A stretch of DNA of 64,000 nucleotides from Utricularia gibba. Lineage: Eukaryota; Plantae; Magnoliophyta. Both the position numbers and the translations under genes were made by a program. Below the pieces are notes generated by a model. The model was not told the origin of the DNA, made no database searches, and was given only the letters and a program-made list of their open reading frames with translations. Positions 60,797 through 64,000 of this stretch are shown one piece after another (the stretch's first letter is position 1; each line of letters starts with the position of its first letter). The stretch covers positions 3,968,001-4,032,000 of the forward strand of contig CM007990.1 in assembly GCA_002189035.1 (NCBI GenBank), in the 5' to 3' direction.

Positions 60797-62192
60797 TGAT
60801 AAACAAAAATTTTTGAATCTAAAATCAAATTTTCGTATCAAATAAATTTCTAAGCTCTAATCTTCACAAAATACAAATTAAACACAAGATGTAAAGTGGA
60901 ATTCGGGGTCGATCACAAGGAGCTGATGCTGCAGTGTGTTTCAGCAAATATAGAATTCAAAATAAACGTTGTTCTTAGTCTAAGCTCAAACTAACAGTAA
61001 CAGACAAACTCGTTAAGTAAAATCAAGTTGCAAAGCAGAAAATAAAAAGTGTTGGTTGTAAGTACGGGATGATACTAAGATGCCTTAACGCAATATAGGT
61101 GATGTGGTGCTAATTAACCTAATTTAATTTACCATGTTCCTATACTCACAACTCTAAATAACCTAAATCTACTCAGATCATTCATCATATTTTCGACTAA
61201 GCTAGTACTCAATATCATCACCAACATTGCAATTACGTCTAGCTACATGCAAATCGTATAGAACTAGGTCTACTCAGTTCTATTGGTTCTACACTGAACT
61301 AATATTTACGGCTCCTGCCTTGATTTGTTGGTTTACCTCTAAATCAAGTATCTAAGTTGCGAAGTTATTTGTTCCCCTCCTTAGATCTACCCATGGAATG
61401 ATAGAAACAAGAACTAAGAAACAAAGATAAATTGTATTTTTTAAATCTAGCCCCACATCACCCTTCCGCACTTTAAGGTATCCCTAATGTTCTAGTTACT
61501 CATGTGTGGAAAATAAAACAAGGTTTCATAGTCATAAACTGAAGAAAATATTTCCAACATCATCAAACAAACAGCCAACGAAAGTAAAGTTTCAGCAAAC
61601 TAAGTAAAATAAAGTGTTCTATTTTCTATCTGCTACTGTTCACAGCGTAGAATAGTAGCACTGAACTGGATCTTATTAATGCTCTTGTGGGTGGGGAGGC
61701 TTCTTCGCGAGAATCTCCTTCTCCCATTTGGATCGATGTTCGTAGTGTTGGAGGAAAAGCCCACTATGTGTTGCTGTTATGGAAGCTCCCAAAGCTCTCC
61801 TCCTTTTTCTCTCTCTTTCGCAAGAAAAATATTTTCTTCATTTCCCAAAGCAAGTACGATTTTTTGAAAATCCTTCTGCTCCTACCTGTAACCTGCGGAC
61901 TGCTACCGTAACAGTACACTCATTGTCCCTTTTGTTATGTTGCAGATCTGTCAAGTTGCTCCCTACACGAAATCCTTGCCTTCTTTCCCGATTTTTGGAA
62001 GTTTCTGCTAGATTCAAAACCCGTTAGTAACAACGAATGAGCTAAATCAAGGGATTTAGCTCATTTGCATATAAATTTCATATATTCACTAAATTATAAG
62101 AAAATATTTAAGACTAGAAAATAAACAACTAAAACTTAATTAAAAACTTATAATTTTTATATTATAAAAATAGAAAAATTTGTGTGTTATCA
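60797..62192. mobile_element. Solo LTR (1396 bp), intact termini
   Basis: TGATAA...TTATCA with a perfect 5-bp TSD AGGCT (60792-60796, 62193-62197). The empty site GAAGGCTGTAC is at ~57262. Confidence 0.9.
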
Positions 62193-62631
62193 AGGCTACA
62201 CGTGGTTGTTTTCCCAAGATACATCTTTCAAAGCGTCTGCAAGGATTTATGAGAGTTTTGCTTACTAGGTTACTAATTCCAACTACTGATAAATGCACAG
62301 CTATCTTGTGCCACACATCATACATTTTAGTACTCTTTGTTATAGTATTTAGCACTTGTGCCTCATATCTCATCTCTATTTTATATAATACAGCAACCGG
62401 GTGACTTTTGACTACTATCATGGAGCCTCGTATTAACTTTCAACCCTCTACACCAGGGCCATATCGATAACCTGGAATATCTAGCTCCCCTACTAGGGAT
62501 ACATTCATTATCAAGAATGTTGTTACATATTGAAGACCCTTATATCTCAACTATACTGCAATTATACATATGGTCTGACATGAATTCACCATCTTTATAT
62601 ACTTCAAGCTGGATATATGTTTATACAAAGT

Positions 62632-63880
62632 TGTTGCATGTCGTTTCCTCAATAAATTTTAAATATATAAAACGTAAAATACAAAAGAGCGTAGTACGAG
62701 TATTAATCTCAGGGAGTTGAGTTTTGCAAAAAGTGTTTTATAGAAAACTTTCACAAATTGTCACGGATTTGTAAAAAAAGGTTTTTGAAGTACAAGAAAT
62801 AAAAATACAACCTACGTAATGGACCTTGACTAAGGGTTACAATTTCTGGGAATAAGATTCCGCTTTCTTCTTTTGTCTATCCTCGCTTCGATTTTCATTG
62901 ATTCCTTCCGAATAGCTGGTTATAGGAGTAAGGAATAGCCTACTCTCTGTTACACTCTCATTGACAAGGAGGCACGGGAATAGCCTCATGTGCTTTCCCC
63001 TTGGATGATTAAGAAGACAAGAGAATTGCCATCGATTGCCTTCAAAACCGAATTGTGCACATATGCCTAGCTGTTGCTAATGATCAATGGCTAGTACGAG
63101 GTTACTACTCGTCCACTGTCACAGTATCTCAGCCACAAACAATTTGCTATTTTCCTCGAACTAGTAGGGTTGAAGTTGGTGCTCTTCACCTTGATCTTCA
63201 TCAAGACCCGCGAAGAGTGCCTGCTGCTCATGGACTATGGCTAAGAGTCATTATAGAAAGACTGCAACAAGATGCGTGGAAGTATGAAAAATCCGAAATG
63301 AGTTCAACGAAGAACCAAGTTTAGTGCTCAAGACTTGTAAGGAAACTTCATCTACTCCTAGAAACTAAAGGGTTTTAGCCACAAAAGGGCCATGAAAATA
63401 GAAACAAAAATGAAAGTGAAGTGTTCTTCCTCCCTTGGGAGAGGAAGAACTCAAAAGTTCTAATTCTAGAAAGAAAATGTCAAAAGTCCGAAAATAAGTG
63501 ATCCAAATGGATTTTACATCACACCCCACATGCATTAACTCCTTCTGGTCCTCTTTCCATCATTCCCTCTGTCTTGCGTGCACCATCAGCTTTCCTTTGC
63601 ATGCAAGTTAGCGCTCAATCATTGCTACAGACTCTGACATGCTGTAAGAGCATCTCCATTGTTGGGCGCCCAAGTCCCATGTGGCGCACACCTCAGCTTT
63701 GTCTGTCATTATTATTGGTCCGGTCACCAATGTGATGACAATAATAAATGTCCAGAAAAAAGAAGTCCTCGGACCTTTTATTTCTGCGGACAAAAACTCA
63801 TGTTGCTCTAAACCTAATTCATTTTCTCTATCTTCCTTCCATCTTCCTTCCGCAGCTGCATCAAATTTCTTCTAAGGTAA
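62632..63880. mobile_element. LTR-like element, same family as 35362-36670 (opposite orientation)
   Basis: Starts TGTTGCATGTCGTTTCCTC, the reverse complement of the 36670 terminus, and interrupts sequence homologous to ~58360. The right boundary is uncertain. Confidence 0.65.
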
Positions 63881-64000
63881 CAAATAGTTTTTAATTTCAT
63901 AAAATCTTGCCCATAAGTACTTTGAAGATGTGGGTATGGTTAATTTCTTTATTAATGCTTATTTTGGGATTATAAGTTATGTATTTGTTTTTTTAAAACC

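Larger units (their letters stand above)
54560..62620. repeat. Tandem duplication of the E-type SPH module (54.6-57.6 kb vs 59.3-62.6 kb)
   Basis: The copies share upstream sequence, gene, 3' flank, a (GAA)n tract (56841, 60399) and a retroelement-like segment; each carries different LTR insertions. Confidence 0.8.

Noticed and set aside
1-64000. tRNA, rRNA, snRNA or organellar insertions
   Set aside because: None recognised by eye; a tRNAscan/Infernal search would be needed to exclude them.

Overview
AT-rich eudicot plant nuclear DNA; the species cannot be determined from the sequence alone. The first ~15 kb is ordinary and holds three conserved genes: a 19-exon GUP1/HHAT-type MBOAT acyltransferase (+), a small intronless plant-specific basic protein (-), and the chloroplast DEAD-box helicase RH3 (+). 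RH3 carries a 1-nt frameshift in a G-run and a GC-AG intron. After a decayed Mutator element, 21-60 kb is a rapidly turning-over array of 12 S-protein-homologue (SPH, plant self-incompatibility S1 family) loci. Eight are intact secreted-protein ORFs and four are pseudogenes. They fall into five subfamilies, which I label A-E: A A B C Dpsi B' C' D'psi Epsi C'' E'psi E''. The array was built by tandem duplication of B-C-D and E modules. It is interleaved with an SCPL clade IA acyltransferase pseudogene, several solo LTRs with target-site duplications (TSDs), MITEs, a ~1 kb foldback element and a 51-bp VNTR. All calls come from manual reading, motif recognition and by-eye comparison of copies within the window; no database searches or alignments were run.
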